Below, one piece after another: positions 38,401 to 47,043 of a stretch of 64,000 nt of DNA (positions are counted from its first letter, which is position 1; each line of letters opens with the position of its first letter). The translations under genes were made by a program, and so were the position numbers. The notes below the pieces were generated by a model, which was not told the DNA's origin, searched no databases, and saw only the letters and a program-made list of their open reading frames with translations. Source of the DNA: a virus; the IMG/VR virus record IMGVR_UViG_3300044618_002075, positions 2,482 through 66,481 of that record; one strand, given 5' to 3'.

Positions 38401-41360
38401 CCAATCGAGCCCATCGCAAGGTAGTCAATGCTGTCTGTGCAGGCCCCAGCGAGGATGTGGGCAGTGCCTGTGCCGGTGAGGGTGACGACGTTGCCTGCTG
38501 TGCCCGTCACCGTCCATTTGCCGAAGGTCTGTGCCGTGCTGCCAAGGGCAATGGTATGGGCTACGGTTTTGGTGGAGGCAAGTTCTGTGAATTGGTTGTT
38601 TCCGGTGATGGTGAGAGTGGATGTGCCGGTGATGCCGCCGATGGTGAGTTTGTTGTAGGAAAGACCGCCGCCTTGAAATGTCCGAGCAGCGGTGCTGGTG
38701 TCTGACAAAACGATGTCGGCGGTGCCTTTGTAAAAGTTTAAGTTGGTTACTGTTGGAATTCCCCAAACGGTTCCTGTACCGGAAATGGTCCAAGTTCCAG
38801 AACCCATTTTAAGGGTTCGGCTTATTGAACCTTGAGAATCAAAAAGACCAACGGTAACACCGTAAGCCACAGCATCAAAAGTGCCGCTTACCACACCAAA
38901 AAACCGAGTTGCACCGATTATAAAAGCATCAGCAAGCTGGACAATGCCTGTAACGGCGTCAACCGTGATAGGACATCCAAACGTCACGCCATTGCTGGTG
39001 ATCGTCTGCGTGCCGCGCTTGGCAAACGTGATCGTACCCGCTGTACTAGACGACGTCACTCCTGTGCCAAACTTCCAGTCGCCGTAGACAAAAGGAGTGT
39101 TGCTTCCGGTGGAGAGCGTCATCGCGCTAGTACGCGCAGACGCATCAAACGTGCCAATGTTCCAAGCCTGATCTATCGTCACCGTCCCTGCGCTGCCCGT
39201 GTTGTCAAACACAGCCGTGTCCTGCGCCAGCGGGAAGTTGTTGATGTCGGGCGTACCGCCAGAAGACGGAGCCCAGGCCGTAGCAGACCAGTTCTGCGTG
39301 CCTGCGAGGTTCCAGTACACCGTCTTGGGCGAAGGGAAGGTGATGCCGCTGTTGCCGCCACAGTCGCCTGCACGGGTCGGAGAAGAGCCTGCTGCGGTGC
39401 CTGCAATGGTGATGTCGCGGAAGTCGCAGTCTGTGGCCGAAAGCGTGCCTACGGTGAGTGTTGCAGCAACGCCCCGATTGTCTGAGCGAACAAAGATGCG
39501 TCGGACAGGCGAAGCACCCGCTACAGTGAGAGTGCCGTTTATCTTGTCGTTGGCTACATCGTTAAAAAGAATAACGCTGGTGCCTGTGCCGAACGGGGGC
39601 GTTATGGTTATATTGTTGAACGTGCTTCCGCCAATAGGGCTCAAAATACTTGCAGTTGAGATTGCGGTACTTGTTAGTGAAACGTTGTAGAACGTCATCC
39701 CGCCCGGAGTCAACGCCGCTGCAGAAGAAGAACAGTTTATCTGCGACGTACCTGCATTGAATGTAAGATTTATAGACTGTGTAAACACCACAGGAGACGA
39801 GCCGCTCAACGTTACCGTACTCGACCCCAGCGTTATCGTCCTGATGTTAGCGTTTGTCGATGAAATCGCAGCGGCAGTGACGTTGTAGTTCTTGGTGTCA
39901 AAGGCGCCGCTGGTGACCGTGAGGGTGTTGGAGCCAATGTCCAACGCATCGGCAAGTTCGACAGAATTCCCATAGGCATCAACGATCAGAGGTTGAGTAA
40001 ACGTTTTACCCGCACTGGTGATTGTCTGCGTTTGTCTGCCGGTAAATGTAAGGGCGCCTGTACCAGAAATCGTCGTACCGGAACCGTTTGCCCAGTTCCC
40101 GTATATAAGCGGTGTTGTTGATCCTGTGGCGAAGGTCATCGCGTTTGTTCGCGTTGACATGCTCACCGTGCCTATATAGTTGAAAGCGCTATCAAGCGTC
40201 ACCGTAGCCGACGTATTCAGCCCCGTGTTCTCGATGACCGCCGTGTCCTGGGCCAACGGGAAGTTGTCCGTGCTGACCGCGCCGCCAGAGCTTGCAGCCC
40301 AGTTGTTGCCGCTCCAGTTCCCGCCAGCGGCTTGGTTCCAGTAGACGGTCTTTGGCGTGCTGAAGGTGATGCCTCTGCAGCCTCTCAAGTCTCCAACACG
40401 AGTACCGCTGATGGGCGCGGCTGTGCCAATGACGTAGAGGTCTCGGAAGTCTGCGTCTGTCAGGCTTGGTGTGGCATTGACGGTGAGGGTTTGGGCGATG
40501 CCGTAGGTGCTTGAACGAAACCAGACTCTGCGGTTGCCTGCGGTGCCTGTGGTGGAGAGGGTGCCGTTGATGGTTTGTCTTCCCCAAAACAGCACCGCAG
40601 TCACGCCTACCGCAGAACGCGCAGTTACAGAAAGGTTGTTAAAGGTATTTATTCCTTCAATTTCAATACTTGATGAAGTTGTCGAAGTAAACGCTACATT
40701 ATAAAACGTCACTCCCGACGTAAACGGAGTTGCCCCCGAAAAAATGGGACTTGTTGCGGTGCAACTTATTGAAGATGTGCCCGCGTTAAATGTCAAGTTT
40801 GTATTGATTGCAAAATTTACTGCTGGAGTGCTACTTAGCGTTACAGTAGATGACCCAAGATTGATAGTTCTAGTATTACTGTTAGTGGATCTCAGATTAG
40901 GAGATGTGACATTGTAGTTTGCGGTGGTAAAAGTTCCGCTAGTGATCTGGAGGTCGTTGGCGGCAATAGTAAGCGCATCCCCCAGCGTCACCGTTCCGCC
41001 CGGTGCGGCTATGGTTAAACCCTGTAAACTTTTTCCTGCGGTTGTTAGCGTTCCTGTGGCATTGATGGTAAAGATGTTGGTGTAGGTAAACCCCATCCCC
41101 GCCACAAGAGTGACGCTGCCAGACACGGTGATGGCTGCGCTACCCGCCAACGTCCCTGTAAACCCTGTGCAGTTGATGGACTTGGCGCCGGTGTTGCCGG
41201 TAGAGATGGTGCAGGTGCCGGTGGACAGATTCGTGAAGAAAACGTCGTCAGCACTGGTAGGAACACTTGCTCCTCCAGCACCACCAGACGTAGTGGCCCA
41301 CTTGGTCCCGGCAGTGCCGTCCCAGTTTGCTGTGCCGCCGACCCAGTACCTGTCCGCCAT
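35493..41360 (-). CDS. 1955-aa Thr/Gly-rich repetitive structural protein (adhesin / fibre-like)
   Basis: Five large repeats opening YW...NW...W..SSGG...P...D; ten about-17-aa FSDTATG repeats at the C-terminus. Confidence 0.75.
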   Translation of the reverse strand: MADRYWVGGTANWDGTAGTKWATTSGGAGGASVPTSADDVFFTNLSTGTCTISTGNTGAKSINCTGFTGTLAGSAAITVSGSVTLVAGMGFTYTNIFTINATGTLTTAGKSLQGLTIAAPGGTVTLGDALTIAANDLQITSGTFTTANYNVTSPNLRSTNSNTRTINLGSSTVTLSSTPAVNFAINTNLTFNAGTSSISCTATSPIFSGATPFTSGVTFYNVAFTSTTSSSIEIEGINTFNNLSVTARSAVGVTAVLFWGRQTINGTLSTTGTAGNRRVWFRSSTYGIAQTLTVNATPSLTDADFRDLYVIGTAAPISGTRVGDLRGCRGITFSTPKTVYWNQAAGGNWSGNNWAASSGGAVSTDNFPLAQDTAVIENTGLNTSATVTLDSAFNYIGTVSMSTRTNAMTFATGSTTPLIYGNWANGSGTTISGTGALTFTGRQTQTITSAGKTFTQPLIVDAYGNSVELADALDIGSNTLTVTSGAFDTKNYNVTAAAISSTNANIRTITLGSSTVTLSGSSPVVFTQSINLTFNAGTSQINCSSSAAALTPGGMTFYNVSLTSTAISTASILSPIGGSTFNNITITPPFGTGTSVILFNDVANDKINGTLTVAGASPVRRIFVRSDNRGVAATLTVGTLSATDCDFRDITIAGTAAGSSPTRAGDCGGNSGITFPSPKTVYWNLAGTQNWSATAWAPSSGGTPDINNFPLAQDTAVFDNTGSAGTVTIDQAWNIGTFDASARTSAMTLSTGSNTPFVYGDWKFGTGVTSSSTAGTITFAKRGTQTITSNGVTFGCPITVDAVTGIVQLADAFIIGATRFFGVVSGTFDAVAYGVTVGLFDSQGSISRTLKMGSGTWTISGTGTVWGIPTVTNLNFYKGTADIVLSDTSTAARTFQGGGLSYNKLTIGGITGTSTLTITGNNQFTELASTKTVAHTIALGSTAQTFGKWTVTGTAGNVVTLTGTGTAHILAGACTDSIDYLAMGSIGFAATSPGEFYAGANSTGTAAAPVYRTAKPADSTRYWVGGTGNWSDTARWSTSSGGGSGASVPRSHDAVVFDSLSNATAYTATVNAVTGGIRMKSLTIAGPLVGNVTLAGSTTIVGIHGNVTLPATGLTRTYTGVITLSGSTAGNVLTTNGVALASSIDVNGVSSEWTLGSALAIGNATITIINGLFDFDTYNFTASSISSDNAHSRTLDLGSGTVALSASGPINFGTTETNAANLTVTASTSQVNCSATSPTFSGNGKTFYNVTFTGTGTGTATINGANTFNNLSTASVSSSNFRQLVLAASQTVNGTLTLPAGVNLSSMRGRTFVRSDTLGTTRTLTCAAVSMADADFRDITIAGAAAPASGARVGDCKGNSSITFAAAKTVYWNLAGGGNWTSNGWASSSGGTPSNDFFPLAQDTCIFEATGLNSGATVTINLDLNIGTIDMSARTTNTMTLATGSQTPAIYGNWINGTGTTLTGTGAMTFAGRGSQTITSAGKTFTQAFTVDTPGGSVTLQDAFSSNSNASGALNLLTGEFNAATYNVTFSGEGATITTSGSNTRTMAFGSGKWTLAIFSFGVVATNLTVTGTGIISMTRSAGKTFGGGGANYSGITLDQGSASELGITGNNTFANITNTYKATGATTINFNATTQTVGSFTAAGEAGRVLTLRGSSAASPATLVLTSGTVTTPDYLTITGIRAYSLTTTWYAGANSTNNGSLGWYFEAAGGTVYSASFSDTATGADAVSVAASIFGAAYSETATGIDAFAASGTFNVSLSDTATGSDAVTSNFVFSATFSDTATGADTVAASASIGVSFSDTATGTDAISGALSTSASFSDTVTGADAISARASFGAFFSDTATGADATSAAAAFSVVFSDTATGADTPAVAASTFNVSILDAAQALDTPTAGGTFNVSFSDAGAITDLVAGSYLWNPIDDSQTPNWQNVVTAPSTTWVEINDTQSPGWVEIQT

Positions 41361-41362
41361 GA

Positions 41363-41572
41363 TTACGCCTTCACGTAACGAACGCCGTCGATCTCGATGT
41401 ACTCAGGCTCAGGCTCCGGTGCGGGCGGTGCTGTCACCACAGCGATCCAGTTGTCGCGCCGCTGCTCCTTCATCACCTCAATCTCAGCCTCTGTGAAGCC
41501 GTGATCGTCAGGCAGATGGAGAGCATCAGCAAACTTGCCGTGAGGGGTCTCGAATTGGAAGTCGATCTTCAT
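41363..41572 (-). CDS. small hypothetical protein
   Basis: FADALHLPDDH...MKEQRRDNW. Confidence 0.7.
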   Translation of the reverse strand: MKIDFQFETPHGKFADALHLPDDHGFTEAEIEVMKEQRRDNWIAVVTAPPAPEPEPEYIEIDGVRYVKA

Positions 41573-42129
41573 ACTACATCCTTAAAGATCCTGCCGTGAA
41601 CCACGTTCATTACAGTTTTCTTGGAAACCTTTAGCTCATTTGCAAGCATCTGTAGCGTTTTAACGGGGTAGCTGCTCCTGATAAACCTGACAGATTCTGT
41701 GTTCAGCTTGGAGTTTGGCCGTTCCGGTATTGGCATGGTGACGGCTTCCTTTTCCGTCATCCCATTTTTGATGCGGTTCAGGATTGCAGAAGGACTACAT
41801 CCAAGCAGCTTCGCCCACTGCGCCATAGCCAAGGTTTGCCCGTTGGCCGTGATCATCCTGTTGTTGCGCTTGTTCCGCGCCTGCTCTTCTCTGGTGGCCC
41901 AGCGGCAGTTTTCCGGCGAGTATGGTCCGTCGTTGTTTACTCGCTCTAGGGTGCCGCCCTCTGGGGGCGGACCCATGTCTCTCAGGAAGTTCTGAAAGCC
42001 TTCCGCGCCGTGCCAGCGCGGATCAACGCAGATGCCTCGACCACCGTAATTTTTAAACGATGCTTGGTTCGGCAAAGAACACCGATTGTGCATGCTGCGC
42101 CAGACACCAAGGATCTTGTTTTGTTTCAT
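41569..42129 (-). CDS. free-standing HNH homing endonuclease with C-terminal HTH
   Basis: YGGRGI, TLERVNNDGPYSPENCRWAT...Q..N; LANELKVSKKTV. Confidence 0.85.
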   Translation of the reverse strand: MKQNKILGVWRSMHNRCSLPNQASFKNYGGRGICVDPRWHGAEGFQNFLRDMGPPPEGGTLERVNNDGPYSPENCRWATREEQARNKRNNRMITANGQTLAMAQWAKLLGCSPSAILNRIKNGMTEKEAVTMPIPERPNSKLNTESVRFIRSSYPVKTLQMLANELKVSKKTVMNVVHGRIFKDVV

Positions 42130-42170
42130 CTTGATACACCCCTTGTTGGTAAAGGGTGTATCTTATCGCG

Positions 42171-42689
42171 TTACGCTGCATCGAGGGAAAAAGTATACGA
42201 TACGTTCAGCGTGTCACCGTTTGCCACCGTTCGATCACCGGGAGCAGAAAAGTCCGCTGCCGAGAACAGCGTCCCCGTTGTACCACCCTTGGTGTTGTTG
42301 GAGGTCAAAAAAGCCCCGCCAACAGTAGTAGACCCGTTGATATTGAACGCCGCAGGAGAAGCGCTATTTGTGATCACCGAGGGGTCCGCCGTGGTAGCCG
42401 TACCGAAGGTACACGTCGGACGCGTAGCGTTGCTGTAGGCCGTGACTTCCGTCCAGCCAATGTGGCTAGCCATCGTGTCGCCCGCAGCGGGGTTGTTGCT
42501 GGAAGCCGCCCCGTACAGCCCGATATACCACGTCGTGATCTGCGTGGCAGCAGAGAAGTACACCGCGTTCATGGACTGCAACCCCTGGTTCACCACGAGG
42601 TTGTGGGACTCCGCTTCCCACTTCAGATTGCCATCCTTGTCGATGCACTGGATCTTGAAGACGCCGCCAGCCTTAGACTTGTTCAGCAT
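42171..42689 (-). CDS. putative structural protein
   Basis: NLVVNQG, WYIGL, GDTLNVSY. Confidence 0.7.
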   Translation of the reverse strand: MLNKSKAGGVFKIQCIDKDGNLKWEAESHNLVVNQGLQSMNAVYFSAATQITTWYIGLYGAASSNNPAAGDTMASHIGWTEVTAYSNATRPTCTFGTATTADPSVITNSASPAAFNINGSTTVGGAFLTSNNTKGGTTGTLFSAADFSAPGDRTVANGDTLNVSYTFSLDAA

Positions 42690-42698
42690 GATGATTTC

Positions 42699-43121
42699 CT
42701 ATGCGAAGCGCAACAGCGCAGATGCGGCTGTTGCCGCTGGAAGTTGAATGGTGAATGTACCGGAGGCTGTCTTGTCAGCACCAAAATCCAGCACAGCAAT
42801 GGCACGGTTGGCCTTAGACGAGTTGTAGATCAAACCGCCACGGCAGGTGAAAGACGCGTTGGCAAATACAGGGTTGTTGAACGTCACGTAGGCAGTGGTG
42901 CCAGACAGAAGGACTTGGACGTTGGTAAGCGTCACACCACCCGCCACATAACCCGTACCAGAAGCCTGCCCCGGAGTTGAGACGCTGTACGCTGTAGTGG
43001 CCTGACTCAGGTCTGCCGACGCCGTGTAAAGCGCCAGCTTGATCGTATCCGCAGAAAGGTTGTGGATGCCTTGCCAAGACTCCTGTTTGAACGAGGAGCA
43101 CATTCCCTGGAGGATTGCCAT
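42699..43121 (-). CDS. putative structural protein
   Basis: KLALYT, GYVAGG, LIYN, VLDFG. Confidence 0.7.
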   Translation of the reverse strand: MAILQGMCSSFKQESWQGIHNLSADTIKLALYTASADLSQATTAYSVSTPGQASGTGYVAGGVTLTNVQVLLSGTTAYVTFNNPVFANASFTCRGGLIYNSSKANRAIAVLDFGADKTASGTFTIQLPAATAASALLRFA

Positions 43122-43122
43122 G

Positions 43123-43776
43123 TCACTTCACCGGGTTTCTGACCTGACCGCTGCGGTAGGCATCTTGACGGTTCTTGCCGTCGCCCAGGTTCTTCAGCAG
43201 CAGGATCGAATCGTTGAATTGGGTGGTGTACAACTGAACGATGTCCTGCTCAGCCTTCATGAACCGAGCGGCTTCCACCATGACCGCGTTAAACAACGCG
43301 CTGTCAAAGTTGTCGCCCAGCCACGTAGTGCCCGCCGTGACGATGCTCTGCGGGTAGTAGAAGTAGTGCAGTTCTGCGGTAAGCCCTGCTGACGGCGTCG
43401 GACCCAGGATGAACGTCAACTCAGTTGGCAGGTTGTACACCGGGCCAAACAACGCGTAGTACCGGGGTACACCTTGCGTCGTAGGGTTTGGATACGACTC
43501 TCTGATGAAGTTCACATCCTTGTTCAGGAGGTATGTGTAATCCCCACCAGCAGTGGGGAACACCGCCAAACTGAAGACCGACAAGAAGTCTCCGGGCGTG
43601 GTCAGGTATTGATTGCCTTGACTCAGCGTGCCCGTGACGTTCTTGCGTAGCGCTGGAAGCTGTACCGTGTTGTAGATCTTCTGCTCCGCCAGATCCGTCA
43701 TCGTGGCGAAGTCAGCCGCCGAGAACGTGTTCTCGGTGTAATCTTCAACAGCGGCCTTCAGTTCGGTGTAGTTCAC
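43123..43776 (-). CDS. head-tail adaptor-like protein
   Basis: MNYTELK, LLNKDVNFIRE, PRYYA, TWLGDN. Confidence 0.7.
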   Translation of the reverse strand: MNYTELKAAVEDYTENTFSAADFATMTDLAEQKIYNTVQLPALRKNVTGTLSQGNQYLTTPGDFLSVFSLAVFPTAGGDYTYLLNKDVNFIRESYPNPTTQGVPRYYALFGPVYNLPTELTFILGPTPSAGLTAELHYFYYPQSIVTAGTTWLGDNFDSALFNAVMVEAARFMKAEQDIVQLYTTQFNDSILLLKNLGDGKNRQDAYRSGQVRNPVK

Positions 43777-43949
43777 GCCATCGGTCCCCGAGCCATGAAG
43801 CCCTTGGTCTGCGCCTTGCCGCCACGAACCTTGATACCCGAGGTCTTGGCCGGGGACGTCGGAGCAGAGGCGATGTTGCCCACCACCATGCGCGGCATGG
43901 GCGCGTCAGCGTTCACGACCGGAGTCGGAACCGGCTTGGCCTTCAGCAT
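43773..43949 (-). CDS. small basic virion-associated protein (58 aa), not in ORF track
   Basis: Manual translation ...KTSGIKVRGGKAQTKGFMARGPMA. Confidence 0.7.
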   Translation of the reverse strand: MLKAKPVPTPVVNADAPMPRMVVGNIASAPTSPAKTSGIKVRGGKAQTKGFMARGPMA

Positions 43950-43950
43950 G

Positions 43951-44115
43951 TCACTTCCCCTTGCGCCCGACCGGGCCTTGGTTCGCCACGCGGGCCATGT
44001 TGCGACCCATCTTCTGGGACATCTTGGTGGTCACACCACCCTTGGCGAGCTTGGTCTTGGGCTTGCCCGGGTGCAGCGCGGCCTCGTGCTTGTGGACTGC
44101 TTCCTTGGGGGTCAT
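43951..44115 (-). CDS. small basic protein (54 aa), not in ORF track
   Basis: MTPKEAVHKHE...LAKGGVT...GRNMARVANQ; AAGGAG RBS. Confidence 0.7.
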   Translation of the reverse strand: MTPKEAVHKHEAALHPGKPKTKLAKGGVTTKMSQKMGRNMARVANQGPVGRKGK

Positions 44116-44151
44116 GTTCACTCCTTGGTTGGATCGAATGATATCGTCAGA

Positions 44152-45252
44152 TCAGTAATTGGGGAAGGGCGCTGTCGGCGGCGTGAAGTTTCCGCTGTAG
44201 CGGGCGACACCCACCGTGATACGGACCTCGTCTATGTTGCCGTTAAACGAAGTAGTTGAAGGGGCGGACACTTGCGCCATAGTGACCATTGGTTTATTTG
44301 TCTGACTGGCGACTTCCGTACCGTTAATATAGAGCCGCATAGCAGACGTAGACGGATCATTGACAACCGCAACAAAAACCCACTGACTTACTGTAATTGG
44401 ATACGAACTTGTAGATAGATTAGCGCCTGTTATTGGCCGCAGCAAAAAGTCAGCAGTGGTGACGCCGTCGTAAAAACCCAAAGAAAATTGACTGGCACTT
44501 GAGCTATTCCACCGAATGTTTGGCGTAGCGGCTGCGCTATACACCCACAACTCGGCTGTCCACGGATCCGTAACTGCGGCAGTTATAAACCCTTTGGTTG
44601 GGTAGTCTGTTTGCAGATAGTCGCCGCTACCGTCTGTGAGAAGACTTCCTGTACCAAACTTAAAGTTCGCCGTATCTACCTGCGCGTTACCAAACGCGGT
44701 CATCGTGTAGCCTATGGGAGAGTTGTCCACAAAAGTAGTAGACCCACTGGTTCCGTCCATGTGCAACAGCAGTCGCACATACGCATAGTACGGATCTCCT
44801 CCAGGCGGTGGGACGTAGGGCGTGTTGACGAACCCTGCAAACTGACCAACTTCACCCACGCCGACCAAGGTGTTTGGCGTGAGCACAGCGTCAAAGTCCC
44901 TGGCGCCACCGATAGGGTTCCATCCCCACTGGATGACCAACATGCCCTCGCCAGGAAAGCCCTCTTGCAAGGGGCCGGTGCCCGACACCGTGTCAGTTTG
45001 GAGGCCGTTCGTTCCGGACTGATACCACGTATTTGTGTCCGGGCGGGGGTCACGGAGGGCCTGGGGGTCCGAAATTTCATACATACCTAACTGTAGTTGC
45101 GGATGGTCCCTTGACCAACACTGGGGGCATGCACGAATTTGTGTTTGCTTTGTTTTTACAACCTCGTTTTTTAGTTTCTTTAACGGAAATCGAAAATTGC
45201 AATAATCACAAAAACCAAATGCTTTAGTGCCATTGGCAAACCTGTTAGCCAT
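44152..45252 (-). CDS. zinc-finger protein fused to LamG / concanavalin A-like domain
   Basis: CDYC and CPQC, DPQALRDPRPD; LLLHMDG...WVFVAVV...LYING...GNIDEVRIT. Confidence 0.75.
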   Translation of the reverse strand: MANRFANGTKAFGFCDYCNFRFPLKKLKNEVVKTKQTQIRACPQCWSRDHPQLQLGMYEISDPQALRDPRPDTNTWYQSGTNGLQTDTVSGTGPLQEGFPGEGMLVIQWGWNPIGGARDFDAVLTPNTLVGVGEVGQFAGFVNTPYVPPPGGDPYYAYVRLLLHMDGTSGSTTFVDNSPIGYTMTAFGNAQVDTANFKFGTGSLLTDGSGDYLQTDYPTKGFITAAVTDPWTAELWVYSAAATPNIRWNSSSASQFSLGFYDGVTTADFLLRPITGANLSTSSYPITVSQWVFVAVVNDPSTSAMRLYINGTEVASQTNKPMVTMAQVSAPSTTSFNGNIDEVRITVGVARYSGNFTPPTAPFPNY

Positions 45253-45829
45253 GCGTCACCTCAAACTTTTTGTGTTTGCGCACGTTTTCAACGCCGCGCA
45301 TTACTTGCAAATTTGAAGGCACATGAAGCCCAGAAACTAACGCTCCTTGTAGCGGAATAATATGATCCACATGCCACGGTTCGCCGTTGTGGCGCGTAAG
45401 CATTGCTGCTATAGAATAGATGCATCTAATCTTTAGCTTATCGTAAGCAGTTAGCCATTTTGGAGTGCGCTGCAATTTGGCCGCTTTTCTTTTAGCCACC
45501 GCAGCATTAATCACGTCTCTGTTGCGTTGCGCATACGCTTTCTTTGCCGACTTAATTTGGTCTGGCTTTTCTGCTCGTTTTTGCGCTGCTCGCTGTTTGT
45601 TGGCAAGTCGCACTGCTTCTATATTACGTTCGCGCCATTTTGCAGTACGCGCCCGCTGCTCTATTACAAGCGCCTCGCCTTTATTCTCTTTGTATTTTTT
45701 ATCATACTCAGCCATTTTTTCTTTATTAGCCGCTTTCCATGCCCTACGGTATGCGTTTAGTTCTTCGCGGCGAGCTTCTGCATACGCTTTTGCGTATGCT
45801 TTACGCGCTTCTGGATCTTTGTGAGGCAT
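45245..45829 (-). CDS. free-standing HNH endonuclease
   Basis: WHVDHIIPLQG...VSGLHVPSNLQ...EN; AT-rich. Confidence 0.88.
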   Translation of the reverse strand: MPHKDPEARKAYAKAYAEARREELNAYRRAWKAANKEKMAEYDKKYKENKGEALVIEQRARTAKWRERNIEAVRLANKQRAAQKRAEKPDQIKSAKKAYAQRNRDVINAAVAKRKAAKLQRTPKWLTAYDKLKIRCIYSIAAMLTRHNGEPWHVDHIIPLQGALVSGLHVPSNLQVMRGVENVRKHKKFEVTHG

Positions 45830-45831
45830 GA

Positions 45832-46572
45832 TCAGCTAATGAACATCTGCCGGGGTACGAACCGTACCGCAGCCTTCTCACGGTCTTCGCTCGATGCACG
45901 GTCCCAGTCTTCGTCGTACTGAGCCTTCAGAATCTGGAGCCGTTCCATGCCGCCCGGGAGCTTCATTGCGAGGTAGTACGCCAGACCGGAGACCAAGCAG
46001 GGGATGAAGCGGAAGGGGATGTCCTGCGTGGCTTCACCGCCAGCACCTGCATCTTGGATGCGCCGCAGATACCAGTAGACGAACTGGTAGACGCCCGTCT
46101 GATCAGGCGTGGGCCACACGGTGATGCTGGGCGCTGCCGTTGCGCCCGGGGAGTAGCTGCTCGCCGCCGGGTACGTCGCGTTGGAGTTCCGGTTGACCAG
46201 CACCTGAATCGGACGCGCCTGCTGCAGCTTGTTCGGGATGGACGAGTACGTGCTGACACTGATGCGCGTGATGGTCAGATCGACCTGGGTCGAGACGTTG
46301 CCCGCACCGGTGCGGATGACATGCTCAAGGAGGTCGACGGTGTCAGACGGGAGCGTGTAGGTGTTCGTGCCCTGCACCAAGGGGATCATGCCCTGGTTGA
46401 AGGTCCACATATTGACGCCACGGTTCGCCCAGTCTGCGAACAGCAGGTTCAGGGACCGCCGCGCAGTGCGCAGGTCGTAGCCCGTGCGAAGCTCTGCCCC
46501 GCAGCGTTCAAACGCCTCCTCGACCGCATCGTTGAGATCGAGGTTGAAGGTGGTGGTCCCTGATGTGGTCAT
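45832..46572 (-). CDS. head-tail adaptor / tail tubular A-like protein
   Basis: EEAFERCG, ARRSLNLLFADWANRG, VWPTP, GLAYYLA. Confidence 0.72.
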   Translation of the reverse strand: MTTSGTTTFNLDLNDAVEEAFERCGAELRTGYDLRTARRSLNLLFADWANRGVNMWTFNQGMIPLVQGTNTYTLPSDTVDLLEHVIRTGAGNVSTQVDLTITRISVSTYSSIPNKLQQARPIQVLVNRNSNATYPAASSYSPGATAAPSITVWPTPDQTGVYQFVYWYLRRIQDAGAGGEATQDIPFRFIPCLVSGLAYYLAMKLPGGMERLQILKAQYDEDWDRASSEDREKAAVRFVPRQMFIS

Positions 46573-46805
46573 CTAAATCTCGCTGTCTTCGATGCCACCT
46601 TTGGCGGTTGCTTCACAAACTGCTTGCCCGCAGCCTTTCCCTGACGCTTTGCCCGGGTCGTGGCCGCGTACTCAGCGGGAGACAGAGCGTTGATTGCAGC
46701 CTCGGGCAGATACCGCTCCCCGGTGTCGGAAGAGCGCTTCCCTGACTTGGTCCGCCATTTCTGAGCGGTCCAGTCCTTCAGAGACTGCTGCGGGGCCTTA
46801 GTCAC
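46569..46805 (-). CDS. small basic protein
   Basis: QQSLKDWTAQKWRT...GERYLP; GTG start. Confidence 0.7.
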   Translation of the reverse strand: MTKAPQQSLKDWTAQKWRTKSGKRSSDTGERYLPEAAINALSPAEYAATTRAKRQGKAAGKQFVKQPPKVASKTARFR

Positions 46806-47043
46806 GATACCCGCCGCCCTTGGACTTGTACTGCTTCGCCAGAAGCTGCGCCTTGCGGGCACTCCACTGGCCTGCCGCCGTGCCTTGCGTAGCCTGCCCC
46901 TTGATCTTCTCGAAGAGGCTCTTGCGCATCCCAGGCTTGGTGTAGTTGCCCGCCTCGTTCACGCGGCTCTCCCCGCCCTTGGCGTATACCTTGGGCTTCT
47001 TGAGTTCCGGGCGGATGCAGCCCATGCCGCGTGAGGCCTTCAT
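46798..47043 (-). CDS. small basic protein
   Basis: YAKGG, NYTKP, GQWSARKAQLL. Confidence 0.7.
   Translation of the reverse strand: MKASRGMGCIRPELKKPKVYAKGGESRVNEAGNYTKPGMRKSLFEKIKGQATQGTAAGQWSARKAQLLAKQYKSKGGGYRD

Noticed and set aside
41569-45829. Group I introns around the HNH genes
   Set aside because: Flanking genes appear intact and closely abut the HNH ORFs, leaving no room for intron cores
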